The position numbers and the translations under genes are program-made. 64,000 nucleotides of DNA from assembly GCA_018398765.1 (NCBI GenBank), contig JAHBMJ010000190.1, forward strand, positions 62,001-126,000, written 5' to 3'. This document shows positions 12,357 through 25,394 of the stretch, piece after piece. This DNA comes from Chromera velia. Lineage: Eukaryota. Below the pieces are notes generated by a model. It had not been told where the DNA came from, did no database searches, and was given only the letters and a program-made list of their open reading frames with translations. Numbering within the stretch: position 1 is the stretch's first letter; each line of letters begins with the position of its first letter.

Positions 12357-13414
12357 ATTCGCGTACCTGGATGCCCACCTTGTTTCTCCACCTGCCGTGG
12401 CCCTCCCTCAGTGGGNGGGGGGGGGGGGGGTTCGTTCCTCTCCTCTTCTCTCCTCTTCTCGGGACCTCTCTCCCTCTTTCTCTCTCTGTCTGCCTGTCTG
12501 TCTGTCTCATTCTCCTCCTGCAATCCAGAAGGACCCCCTGAAGAAAAAGAATTCAGCAGAGAGGGAGGGGGGGAGAGAGCGTGAATGAATGTATCGGTAT
12601 GAAGCGAAAAAGGAAACCCCCAAATGTATCGATGTGCAGATCGATGTGTGTGCGTTTGCATGTCGCTCTGCCTCTGTTTGTTCGGAGGGATCATCAGCGT
12701 GTCTCCAGGGTCTAGCTGCCTGCCTGCCTGTTCCTTCCTTCCTTCCTGTATCCCCCTTCCCTTGTTGCAATTAAGGAAAAAGGACCCAACCCGACGGTTG
12801 ATCAACGGTGTGTGTGTGTGTGTGTGCGTGTGCGTGTGTGCGTGCGTGTGCGCATGAGAGAGAATCTGTCTGCATGAGAGAGAATCTGTCTGTCTGCAGA
12901 GGACAGCGTCGAGATCGGAGCCGAGATGTCGTACGGCCTCACCGACTCGAAGACCTCTTTGGCGTTTGGAGGCCGGATGCAGGTCAACAAGGAGACGGCA
13001 GTCAAGGCAAAGTTGGCTGATGACGGGAAAGTCGCAATGTCTCTCTCGCACACATTCTCTCCTCTCATCAGTGCAACCATGGGAGCTCAGGTTAGTCTGT
13101 CAGTATGTCTGTCTGTCAGCAAGGCGAACGTTCAGTCAATGAAGCAGCCAGAAAGCGGCTTTCTTTCCTTCATTGAAGTCAAGGGTTTCGGACTTATTGA
13201 AGCGACAGGGGGAACAGATGTTCTTCTCTGAATGCAGGCTCTCTGTCTCTCTGCATGTACTGTACGGCACCTCGTGTGTTTTATGACACAATTGTGCCTT
13301 CTCTCATGCTCTCTGTTGCCCATGACTCTGCCTGTCTGCTTGCAGTTTGACGGTCTGAACTTGGGTAACTCTGAAGCCCTGAAGTATGGCGCCAAGGTGA
13401 CGTTCAACTGCTGA
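10132..13414 (+). CDS. VDAC: Mitochondrial outer-membrane porin (VDAC); exons 10132-10168, 10272-10342, 10587-10718, 11170-11283, 11529-11692, 12163-12218, 12900-13090, 13346-13414 (about 277 aa)
   Basis: Phase-consistent GT-AG splicing gives MVLFRDVNKASADVINRDFTHNVPIDLEVKS...LAFGGRMQVNKETAVKAKLADDGKVAMSLSHTFSPLISATMGAQFDGLNLGNSEALKYGAKVTFNC*. N-terminal FxDxxKxAxD helix, VKAK motif, C-terminal KxG beta-signal and length all fit eukaryotic porin. Confidence 0.93.
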
Positions 13415-13486
13415 TCGAACGAGCTGTAGGAGAGGAGCGGCATGCATCCGTCGGGTGAGTGAGTGAGTGAGGGAGTGAGGGATTGA

Positions 13487-13520
<34 letters not shown>

Positions 13521-13536
13521 TGTGTGTGTGTGTGTG

Positions 13537-13598
<62 letters not shown>

Positions 13599-15487
13599 AT
13601 TCCTCTTCTTCTGTTCTAGCTGTCCTTTTTTCTTCAACTTTGTGCCATCTGCTTTTGGGGGCATTTCTTTCTTTCTGCCGGTTCTTTGGGGGGAATGAAG
13701 GAAGCTTCGTCTTAGGGGGAGTGAAGGTCACACGCACTCTGTTTTTGTTGTCTCGTTTCTCTGTTTCCTTCTTCTCTCTCTTCTGCCTTGAAGAGAAACG
13801 AAAAGATTTTCCTCATTCATTCTGCATGTGTTCTTTTCGACTCTCTCTCCTCTGCTCCACCCCTTTTTCCTTCTGCAAGTGTGCACACTTGCCCGTGCAG
13901 ACACACGCATGTGGGCATACATGCATGTGCATTCACTCCAACACGCGTGCAAAAATTTATTGTACATTTCTGCAGGCGAGCGGAAACTGTGGGGAAGAGG
14001 GGGGAAGAAATTCGCATGAGAGACATAGGAGGAGTAACACAGTTGCACACAGAGTGAGGAGAGGCAAAGCGGTGTAAAGAGAGAGAAGGAAAAGAAGGGA
14101 GAGGGGATAGAGACACAGAAAGACATAACCCGTCACGTGCTTTGGCGGTGTGTCTTTTCGTTTCTTCTCTTTTCTCTGCAGCCGCAACGGCGGCATGATC
14201 ATTCGTTGGTGCTTTGCCTTTCCGGAAGAACTCAGCCTCTGGGGGTGCGCTGATGGATGGATTGATGCAAAGGAAAGCTAGGAAAGCGAAGGGGAAGTGA
14301 GAGAATCCGAAAAAAGAGAAGCGTACAAGGGGGGGGTGCAAACAAAGTCTTGGTTTCTCCCTCTTGGTCTTTCTTTATTTCTGTTTGTTTGTTTGCCTGT
14401 CTCTCTTTCATTCATTCAAATGCAGTCACAGCCAGACGACAAGAAAAGAGTGCGCGCACATCCGTTGCTTGGAGCCTCGGTTCCCCCCCTCTCCCTCTCT
14501 CTCTCCGTCATTTCTGTTCTTTCTCTGTTTTCGTCTTCATCTTCTCCCATCCACCTGTCAGTTGGCTTGCCTGGCGAAACAAAAGAAAGCGGGACGGGGC
14601 GTAGTAGTACTGTCAGTGCGTTTGCTGGAAGGAAATACAACGAAAAGAAGCGAGCGAGCACCATGGTGAACGTGCCAAAAAAGTAATTGACCTGACCGAC
14701 CTACCTCTATCTGTTCGTCACTTCATTCATTCCCCCAAGCAGTGAGTGCATGCGTGTCTGTCTCATGGGGGGAGGGGGAGGGGGAGGGGACACTCATTGA
14801 GAGCCACACTGCAGAATCGATGCACAGGTGGCAGTGACAGGACTGGCGATTTCGGGTGCATCCGAGAGACAGGCAGAAAGAAGAGGAGAAACTCATTTCG
14901 GAAAAAAGAAGACCGCAAATTGGGGAACCCCCCCCCACAACGAGTAGAGTACAGATGCCATACATGCAGCGTCCTCAGAAAGAAATCTAGATGGGTGTAC
15001 CCGCAGCCTGTCTGATTCTATCTTGTCGTCTGAGAGATCGGCAAGCTTGTGGTGACCATGGTCGCCTGTCAATGAGTTGGCCCGCCCAGTTGTGCCCTTG
15101 ATTGATTCATTGATGGGTCCGACTGATTTGCTCGAATGCTGTCTCTCGATCCGTTTCGTTTCATATTCTGTTACGTTTCGAACCTGCATTCGTTTGAATC
15201 GTTTCTTCGGTCTCTATTTGGTTAGCCGATCATATATATCATGCTGCCGATGTAAAGCAATGGAACGATCAGTATTTTTCTTCACATGCAATCTAGAATG
15301 CAATTCAATTTAAAGATATCTCGATAAGCCTTCTGAGTAGCCTTTTTGATCTAGCTTTTGATAAGGTTTTAAGGGCATAAAATGACCTATATTTAGTTAG
15401 CTGGCATGATATATAGTTAGAAATTCAAAAAAGAATGATGATGGTATATATCGAAGCCAAGTAAAAATATTTTACAAATAAGAGCGG

Positions 15488-16898
15488 ACTTTGCATGACC
15501 TTGTTGGACCTTGCATGACCTTGTGGGACCTTGAATGACCTTGTGAGACCTTGCATAACCTTGCAGGACCTTAAATCCGACCGTTCATCACCTTGTTGGA
15601 CCTTGCATGACCTTGAATGACCTTACAGGACCTTGCATAACCTCTTATGACCTTGCATGCCAGTGACCCTGTTGAACCTTGCATAACCTTGTTCAACCTT
15701 GTTGGACCTTGCATGACTTTGTTTGACCTTGCATTATTCTGTACTGCTCTGACCTTATTCGTCAGAAGGCACCCAGAATCTAAAGGGATCTATAAGGGAC
15801 CTAGTCCTATGTAGAGACAGGACGTAAGTCCCGTGTAGCGTCAGAGTCTAACACTGAATGCTGTGTCTAATACTGTTTATAGGTTGATTTTCTCAAAGGA
15901 AATTGATTTCCAAAAAGTGTAGAATTGTCGATCTGATTTTGCTAGAAGTGTCACTTGGATTTCTGATCTTGTTTTACTTATTTAAAGACTTTGTGTTGCT
16001 CATTGAGTCTTCCAGAAAGTCTTTTGCGCATGCGACGGTCCATCTTTAGTGTGATGCAGGCCGCGGTTGGTTGGTTCGGCCTTGGCTCAGCATGATTTTA
16101 TCTTGGCATGGCTCGAAAGACTTCTGAGTCGAAAGACTGGGTCTTGAAGGACTTTAGCTCAGCCTTGCTGGAAGACTTTAGCTCGGCCTTGCTCACTGCA
16201 TAAATTCCATACTAGCTCATACTAGAGCTTCGTATGGCTTGATTGGGTATTTCTATATTGCTCGATCGGGTATTATTCTAAGTCTAGACTTTTTAGTACT
16301 TAGGGTCTAGGTATTTTCCTTTTTCAAAGTTTGGGGTTCCACTACTACATAACAGCATAACCTTTTTGGACCTTGCATAACCTTGTTGGACCTTATTATA
16401 TGGTCCTTATATGACCTTGTTGGTCCTTGCATGACCTTGTTGGACCTTGCATGACCTTGTTGGTCCTTGTATGACCTTGTTGGACTTTGCATGACCTTGT
16501 ATGACCTTGTTGCACTTTATATAACTTTGTTGGACCTTGAATGACCTTGCATGACCTTGTTGAACTTTGCATGACCTTGTTGGACCTTGCATGATCTTGT
16601 AGGACCTTGTACGACCTTGCAGGACCTTGCATGATCTTGAATGACCTTAAATGACCTTACAGGACCTTGTAGGACCTCTTATGACCTTGCATGCCAGTGA
16701 CTTTGTTGAACCTTGCATAACTTTGTTCGACCTTGTTGGACCTTGCATGACCTTGTTAGACCTTGCATGACTTTGTTTGACCTTGCATGACCTTTTTGAA
16801 CCTTGTATGACCTTGTTGGACCTTGTATGACCTTGTTGGTCCTTGCATAACCTTGTTGGACCTTGCATGATCTTGATGGACCTTGCATAACCTTGTTG
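15488..16898. repeat. 10-bp satellite (GACCTTGCAT/GACCTTGTTG alternation) split by an insertion at 15735-16354
   Basis: Dozens of degenerate GACCTTG(CAT/TTG/TAT) units seen directly on both sides of the insertion. Confidence 0.95.
15735..16354. mobile_element. Probable solo LTR (620 bp) with 4-bp TSD GCAT
   Basis: Interrupts a satellite unit, with GCAT at 15731-15734 and 16355-16358. The right end CTACATAACA is an imperfect inverse of the left end TATTCTGTAC, consistent with decayed TGT...ACA termini. Confidence 0.7.
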
Positions 16899-17609
16899 GG
16901 CATTGCATTATAAACATATATCAGTAAATTAGTTATCAAAAAATCAATTGGCTCTGGTTTGTTTTGAGTGCGACCAATAATTAAAATAAAGTTAAACTGT
17001 AGGTTAAATCATTAAAACATATTCTAAAATATACTGAAAATCTTTTCTTAAAAAATCTATATTTTAAAAAATTAAGTTTAAGCTTTCAAATTGTTAACAG
17101 TATCATAAATACATGATCAGTCAATGAGTTTATCATACCAATTATCATATTTGATAAAGTAACTTTGAAGCACTGACAACGCCGCCGCATGTTTATTATG
17201 TATGGTCTTCTCATGTGTTCTGATTAGTTGTTTCCCAGATTTTGAGAAACACTCAGGTTGCTAAGCTTTCGGTCCAGGTATAGCCTTAGTTCCTGCATCA
17301 TAAGGTGCGTTCCACAAATGAATCATGCACAAGATGTTGCAATTCAATTCAATTCAATTCGTATTACTGGTCTTCAACTTCTCAGGAAAAAACAGTCTAA
17401 TTGGCAAGCTAAACAATCCTGCCTTTCCGAATGAATCATTTTAATGCAAGATGGCAATACATACTGCGGTGTGAATGCAGCCAATGGACTTTCATGCAAT
17501 TCTTTCGCTCTTTTTTGCTCGTTTTCCTTCCCCATTTGCCTTCCGTACAACGAGAGTGCATTCTGCATGTACAAAAGGCAACATTCATAATCACGAACAT
17601 GAATGATTA

Positions 17610-20600
17610 CCCCTTCATGCTGCCGGGGCTGAGTCGACCTCTCGACCGAGGATACTTTTGCAGAGAGAGACTCTGTGGTCGAACTCTAACGCAACAGCAG
17701 ATGCATGTTTTTGTCGCGCCAAAGACAAACGCCCAATCGAGAAAACACTGCAAAAGATCACGCATGCACTGACTGACCGTAATTTGGCTCTGGAGATCTC
17801 CATTGGAAACTTCAGAGCGGCGAATGCCCTCCAGCGCTTCGGCAGCCGCCTCGGCCGCGTCCGCAAGAGACACCGCCCCATCCCCCCGTTTTGTTCCTTC
17901 CGATCCTTCAGGAACGTCCCAGAGCATGTCATCCCGTTTCTCCCTGTTCGGGTCCAGGGCCGCCTTCCAGACGAGGTAGGCCTTGGTGACCTGCCGGGAC
18001 AGAACACTCGACTTCTTACTCCTGCATGCATGCAGAGTGAAAATGCAGTGCAGGAAAGTAATCGTGTCTATACGAAGACGACAGCCATACATACAGACAG
18101 CTCTCTCTTTTGTTGGTGACTTGAAGACACCAAAGGGCACATGCACGGCGGGTGCATCGATCGATGAATCCGCAAATCAGAAATGCACGCCCACACGCTA
18201 ATTATTGTATGTAGATGTATCTGAAGCAGCAAATTGAGAAAGAGACCCATGCGAAGGGGAAGATTCGGTGCGGGGGCTCAACACAATGACGACAATCCTG
18301 GATATTAATTCGGTTTGCTTCTCATGTTCTCCTCCTGTTGTCGATACTTGCGTGCCCTGTGAACTGCATGTGCGGCTGTGTTCCTTCTCCACTGAACTCA
18401 TTTTATTTGTGGACTCACTGACTGACTGACTGACGCTTTTGTGAGCTGCCGCTTGACATGGTGTCCGTTTCTGTTTGCGTGTGGCTTCTTCTTTTCTTTC
18501 TTCTTCTGTTGCTGCAGGGTTGTGGACGAATCGGCAGGTGGTTCCCTTCCTTCACTCGCTCCCTCTCTTTCTCTTTCGCTTCCGCTTTCTCTTTCCATTC
18601 CTCCTTCTAATCTTTCTTCGTCTCTTTGCCTGTACAGCTCTTCGGGGGCAGTTGTGTGAGTGCCCTTCTCCTCAACCAGCTCTGTCTCCTGCGTTGGTCC
18701 TCGTCTCTCTAGAGTTCGCAGCTTCCGTTCTCTCTTGCCTCCCCGGCCACCACTGGACTTCTGTTCGATTTCTGATCCCTCCAGTTCACTTTCTTCACCA
18801 AACGATCCCTCTTCACGGATAGGACCCCCATGCACTTTATTCATCTTACCCCCAAGGGAGTAAAACTTCCTTTTCCGGTCCTCTTGAGAGGTCAAAACTT
18901 CATCCCATGTCTCAAGCGCATTGGCATCCCTCCACCTGCACGTACGCAGACACGCATGCATGGGGGGCCCTGGAGCGAAGACTGCATTTACTTTCATGCA
19001 GAATTCTTTTTTGCATTTACTTTAATTGTGTATGAAAAAGAATTCTGTATGAAAGTAAATGCATCCACTTGCACGCATACATACATGGGGAGCCGTGGAG
19101 TGAAGACTTAGTCAGTGCACGGCCAGGCTCGATCGGTCTAACTGATGAATGATGCTCTCTGCATGTCGTTACATTTCCTTCCGATCATATCCTCAATACG
19201 TTTCTGCCGGGTATTCTATTATCTGTCGCCTGCACTCATTGCGTCGAGAAGAGAGCAACAGTTTCATTTGTTTTCGTTCGAAGGGCCCAAACGTAACCGT
19301 GCAGCACGCCGAGGAGAGGAAAGGAAAGTCAACAGACCATAATCAAGACGCCAGCCTGACCAATGTCACACACATCTCGGGGCGATTCTTCTTTTGCCTT
19401 TCTCGCTTTGATATCATTCGCTCGCATAAAAGAAAGCAAAATCCACATGCAAAAACAAAAACACCAAAAACCTGCCTGAATGCCCTCTCCGGGTTCATGT
19501 GCCCCGGAGTCGTCCACTCAGGCACCGTCACGATCCTCTTGGCCCACCCCCGGGCGGCCCCCGGCACCGACAAACCGATGATGATGAGGAAGAAGAAGAC
19601 GGGATACAGGATGAGAAATAAGAGCCAATTGAAAGTGTAGACTATCTGCACACACACGGACGCAGAGACAGCCTTAACAACGTGATACACCCAACCAGTT
19701 GGGTGAGTGCCACGGGGGGCCATTTAGGGGGGTCTGCTAATTTGATTGATGCACACCATCGGGGGCTTGGGCATGTCTTGTGTGCATGCATGGGGCGGGG
19801 GCCATGGCAACGCGCGCGAAGCATGCTTTTCGGGACCGCGCAATCCGATCATGCATATCTCGCAACTCCGTGCGAGTTACTTGAGGGGCACGCATATGCG
19901 CGAAGTAATTAAGGCATGTGGGATCGCTGCTCCGTGCGAGTTGCTTGAGGGGCGCATTTTGGAATTCGGGCGACACCGACCGACCGTGACGGAAAGAGAC
20001 AGAACCGATCCCCCCCCCCCAAAATGAAAAAATGCGTTATGCGAGTGCGTGCGATCTCAGGGCCTCTCGGCTGATCTCAGCAGAGCTGAGCTGCCCCCCG
20101 AGGCGATCCAATTAATTCAAGTACGCGATGCATGCAGTACTAGTAGGACTTTGCGCATGCATCTGCTCATGAAGAAGAATAAATTGCCGCAAGCAGACCA
20201 ACGCTACGCGGTCGACTTGGTGGGTGCATGTGCATGTGACTATCTGAAAAGCCAATCACGGACAAAGCTAGCGCACACGCACACGCACTTCCGCCACTGA
20301 GCAAACATGCACGGCCGGTGGAAAGGAAATTTTGACGTACATTCAACTGCTGACATTGCTGCTTCTATTGATAGTCAGGCGACTTGCCATGCAGTCCCCT
20401 TGATCACCCGTTTACATGCCCCCCCACGGGACAGACACCAAATTCTGCGCACTCATTTGCCTCTATCCATCTGCACACCCGAGGCACGTGTCTCTCTCTG
20501 CACTGACTGTCTGTTTGTAGGTCTGCCTTTCTCCTTGAAGACAAGTAGGACAAACAAGAGGATCCACAGACATGCACTCGACTGGATGACTCACCACTTC

Positions 20601-21239
20601 TGCAAAACTCCCGTCAGGAACGTTCACGATGGAGAGGGGAATGCACACAAGGGACTCAATTGTGGTGATTGTGATCAGATACACGATCATGCGGGTCGAG
20701 AGGGGAGACTCAGTTTCGGATTCGTCCCCGGAGCCCTTCTCTGCCCCGCTCTCCATTTGTCTTTTCTCTTCCAGCTGGCGGGAGGGCGTCCTCAGCCAGC
20801 GGAGCCAAAAGAACCAGGGGGCCACGAAGGGAGGCAAACGAGCCTGCAGGGAGCGTGGCATGATATAGCGATCAAAGAAAGACAGAAAGAAGAAAACAAC
20901 TTAAGTTTGAATACATGAATTCGAATACTTCTTGTGCATGTCAAACACAGGTACTGAAAGCAAACAGCGCAGGAGAAATCAAGTGCGAAGACACTTCCAC
21001 ACAATAATTTTCCAAGGATGCACGCCTTCAGCACAAAGCCATTTGCAGACTTGTACGTCCACGCACGAGCTCGCAGGATCCCGAAAGCAGGAAGACAGTT
21101 TCACCTGTCTATCTCGCGCCCAGACGCGCAATACCGAACAAACGTGCGTACATAAGCACTCACTCACTCATGCATAAAAGCCACTGCGCAAGCGCATGCG
21201 TTTTCTGACACTTAGACGAAGATATGTGCAGCCTTTTTT

Positions 21240-21295
<56 letters not shown>

Positions 21296-24200
21296 AGACA
21301 CAGAGAAAAGTGCACGCACACCACAACGATGGTGTCCGTCCGCAAAAAGAGTCTCAAGACCGAATCTACACGTGCTATCAATCTTGCTCATCCGTTCACC
21401 CGGGCGTTGGAAGAGAAATCAACTCACCAAATTCAAAACCGCATGAACTGAAGTTACGAACGCCCACAGCCATTTATTTGAGAGATGAGTACAGACAGAC
21501 CTCGGGGGGCATCAGCGCGATGTCGGCCCAGAGATTGACCCTGAAGAGTGCAACGAACCTGCACGCACAGGTGCATGGATGCATGTATGGGTGGAAGGAA
21601 TCTTTTCTACTTTCATGTACCTCACATGGCATGGCACCCAAAGGTCAATTAAGTCAGTCATTGAGTCCTTCCTCTTTCACATCGGTGCTTGACAGGGAGA
21701 CCCCCTCTCTTCACACAATCCAATCCGCATTGCTTTCTGAAGCTAAGCGCTCACTCTGTCGACCTGAAAGTCCTTGTGTGTTTGTCATTCACGGTATGAC
21801 TGCATGTACGTCACTTTTGAAACTAACTCCAGGATTCGCGCAGCCTAATTGGACTTTCTGAAGCTGCAAACGGCCCGCCCGGACAACCATACATGTCTGG
21901 CATTCGTTTGAACGAAGACTCAATCCCAACTGCGAGAAAAAAACATCGAATTCAAGTAGTCACTCGAGGCTTCCTTCCTTCATCACATTTGATTTCTTCC
22001 CTCACGCATACTCTCGAGAGATTTTTTGCATCTTTCTCTTCATCAAATGGATTGACGCATGCAATCTTCGATCGAATGGAATTTAATTGACGGACGCAAG
22101 GACGCGTGCGCCAATGACTCTCGATCTAGTGCATCCTCCTCGTTATCGAATTGGAGGATCGACCCACCCACCCGTTTGCATCGGCCTCGACGTCCTCGAA
22201 GCTTTTGGACTAATATTAACACAAAAAATACACAAAAAATGCAAAAAAAGACAAACAAATACACAAAAATACACACCCGTTTGCATCGGCCTCGACGTCC
22301 TCAAAGCTTTTGGACTAATATTAACACAAAAAATACACAAAAAATGCAAAAAAAGACAAACAACCACACAAAAATACACACCCGTTTGCATCGGCCTCGA
22401 CGTCCTCGAAGCTTTTGGACTAATATTAACACAAAAAATACACAAAAAATGCAAAAAAAGACAAACAANTACACGTGCTATCAATCTTGCTCATCCGTTC
22501 ACCCGGGCGTTGGAAGAGAAATCAACTCACCAAATTCAAAACCGCATGAACTGAAGTTACGAACGCCCACAGCCATTTATTTGAGAGATGAGTACAGACA
22601 GACCTCGGGGGGCATCAGCGCGATGTCGGCCCAGAGATTGACCCTGAAGAGTGCAACGAACCTGCACGCACAGGTGCATGGATGCATGTATGGGTGGAAG
22701 GAATCTTTTCTACTTTCATGTACCTCACATGGCATGGCACCCAAAGGTCAATTAAGTCAGTCATTGAGTCCTTCCTCTTTCACATCGGTGCTTGACAGGG
22801 AGACCCCCTCTCTTCACACAATCCAATCCGCATTGCTTTCTGAAGCTAAGCGCTCACTCTGTCGACCTGAAAGTCCTTGTGTGTTTGTCATTCACGGTAT
22901 GACTGCATGTACGTCACTTTTGAAACTAACTCCAGGATTCGCGCAGCCTAATTGGACTTTCTGAAGCTGCAAACGGCCCGCCCGGACAACCATACATGTC
23001 TGGCATTCGTTTGAACGAAGACTCAATCCCAACTGCGAGAAAAAAACATCGAATTCAAGTAGTCACTCGAGGCTTCCTTCCTTCATCACATTTGATTTCT
23101 TCCCTCACGCATACTCTCGAGAGATTTTTTGCATCTTTCTCTTCATCAAATGGATTGACGCATGCAATCTTCGATCGAATGGAATTTAATTGACGGACGC
23201 AAGGACGCGTGCGCCAATGACTCTCGATCTAGTGCATCCTCCTCGTTATCGAATTGGAGGATCGACCCACCCACCCGTTTGCATCGGCCTCGACGTCCTC
23301 GAAGCTTTTGGACATTAACGCAATCAGGAAGTTCAGCATCATCACCACAGACCGGACCACCCACAGGACGATGAACACGGAGACCACGACGGCGTTGTTC
23401 GACACAGCGAGGTCGTAAATCGACACGCCAGGCTCAGAGACGCTGAGGATGCTGCACGCTTTCGTGTATGGGTGTGAATGAATGCGCTTGTAACAAAGGT
23501 AGGTCGATTCTCAAATTCAGTGGGTGCGTTTGATTTCATGTGCTCATTCATGAACGAATCAGAGTGCGTCAAAAAGACAGCAAAAGTAGTAAGCCATCAG
23601 AACTCCTTACTCAATTGGCATAGAAGAGGGGGAGCAATGGGGGAATTGATTTCATGTTTTGTAGTCCGAATCAATTGATCGGAATAGCATGCAGCTGAAA
23701 AAAGAGGAGTGCGAAAACAAGAGATGGTTCGCCGTTCTCTAGGCTGAAGAGAAATAACGGTTGGGAGAGATCTATACTTCTTTCTGTTCAGCAATTGGAG
23801 GAAGGACGACGCGCGGTGCGTTATGAAGAATGAATGTGTGTTCCGCATTGATCCCCGCATGGTTTTTGTCTCTCTCTTTGAACATCGGGAAGCAAAACGA
23901 CATACTGCTGAAAATGCAGAAGCTTTTCGGGCACAACTTCGTTTCTGTGCTATCTGAGCGTACCTGTTCAACAGAGCGAAGAGCATATCCGGAAAGGACG
24001 CGAACCCGGTGTTCTCTTCAGACTCCGCGAGTTCCGGATAGTCCCTCGAGAGGAGAAAGATCGCCGCGGAGAAGATCACCAGAAGCCCAAAAAGCAAAAA
24101 GGAGAACATCAAAACATCGTACGTCATTCTCACCTGCAGCAAGAGAACGGGAACAGAGCGAGAGAACGAGGCAGGAAGAAAGAAATTTGGGAAAAGACCG

Positions 24201-25363
24201 ATCAAGAGACAACGAAATAGGAAACAACAAACAAACATAGGAGCAAATGCGAGAAAAGAGAGAGAGAGAGAGACGCAAACAAGAATCCTGCTGCACTCAT
24301 TGGAAGGCAAAGAAAGTCCTCCAAACGTCCTGTGTTGTTTAAAAAAAAACAAAAAACTGCTGCACCCATTGGAAGGCAAAGAAAGAAAGTCCTCCAAACG
24401 TCCTGTGTTGTTAAAAAAAAAAAAAAAACTGCTGCACCCATTGGAAGGCAAAGAAAGAAAGTCCTCCATGCAAACGTCCTCTTCATTCTAAAGTCAAAGT
24501 GTTCTGCTCCAGCGCCTGTGCCGGAAGAGAATCGAACATGGCCCTGTGGTGCGCTTTTCAAAGAAAAATTAAAGGAACTACTTGCACGCAATTCCACAAG
24601 GGAGGAAAAGCCCGTACTACGCACATGACGCGCGCCCTCTCTCTTGCTCGTTAAAAGCGGGCAGTCGGCCGGTAAGTAAATCACCCGATTATTTCTCGCG
24701 GCCAACGACCGTCAATCAAGTCGCGCATGCATGCAGAGGATGAATGATGCGGGCTGACTGACCACCGTGTACACACGCGGTCCGAAGTGCCGGAGGATCA
24801 TCAGAAATTCCAGCGACCGGATGCACAGGGCAAACCCGCAGACGATCAGAGTCGTGCGCAACCCTCCGGCCATTCTGTCAGAGAAGACACCAACGGAAGG
24901 AGCGATGATGAGCAGCCAGAAAGTCATCGTCTCTAGGGCGTTCCAGGGGGACGCGAAGTGCCTCACGAACGTGTGTCTGCCTGCCGAAATACTCTCTTTT
25001 ACCTGCAAAAGTACACAAAAAACACACAAAAATACACAAGTAGAAACATGTGTCTGCCTGCCGAAATGTTCTCTTTTACCTGCAATGCGTATGCTTAGAG
25101 GCATTTTTTCTATCACTGCTGTACACAGTACGGCTACATGCATTCACTGTTTTGTTGTGATATAGCAATTCATGGGTTCGTATCAAATGGCGTTTCGCGG
25201 CCCTTCTGCTTCATGCAGAAACGAGAAAAGGGGGCCCAGTCGTTTGAACAATCTTTTTTGGGTACATAACGACAGCTCTGGGTGGATCAATCCAACTACT
25301 TCTTCACAGAGGCCCGAGAAAGAGAGGGGAACAAAGATGCAGAGAGAAAGAGAGAGAGAGAGC

Positions 25364-25394
<31 letters not shown>

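Noticed and set aside
16396..16939. ORFs with QGPTRSCKV / ARSNKV repeats
   Set aside because: These are translations of the 10-bp satellite open in several frames, not genes.
18020..18036. TGCATGCA motifs as specific ApiAP2-type promoter sites
   Set aside because: The motif is scattered throughout introns and near acceptors window-wide, so no single instance can be assigned a regulatory role from sequence alone.
19709..20104. Possible MITE with GCC(A/T)CGGGGGGC inverted ends and an internal 30-bp direct repeat
   Set aside because: The 12-bp G-run match could be chance and no TSD was found.
21367..23312. ~845-bp duplication as a real duplicated or mutually exclusive TRP-box exon
   Set aside because: The copies look identical and join at a single N beside a repeat that would confuse an assembler, so contig overlap is more likely. 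Long reads would decide.
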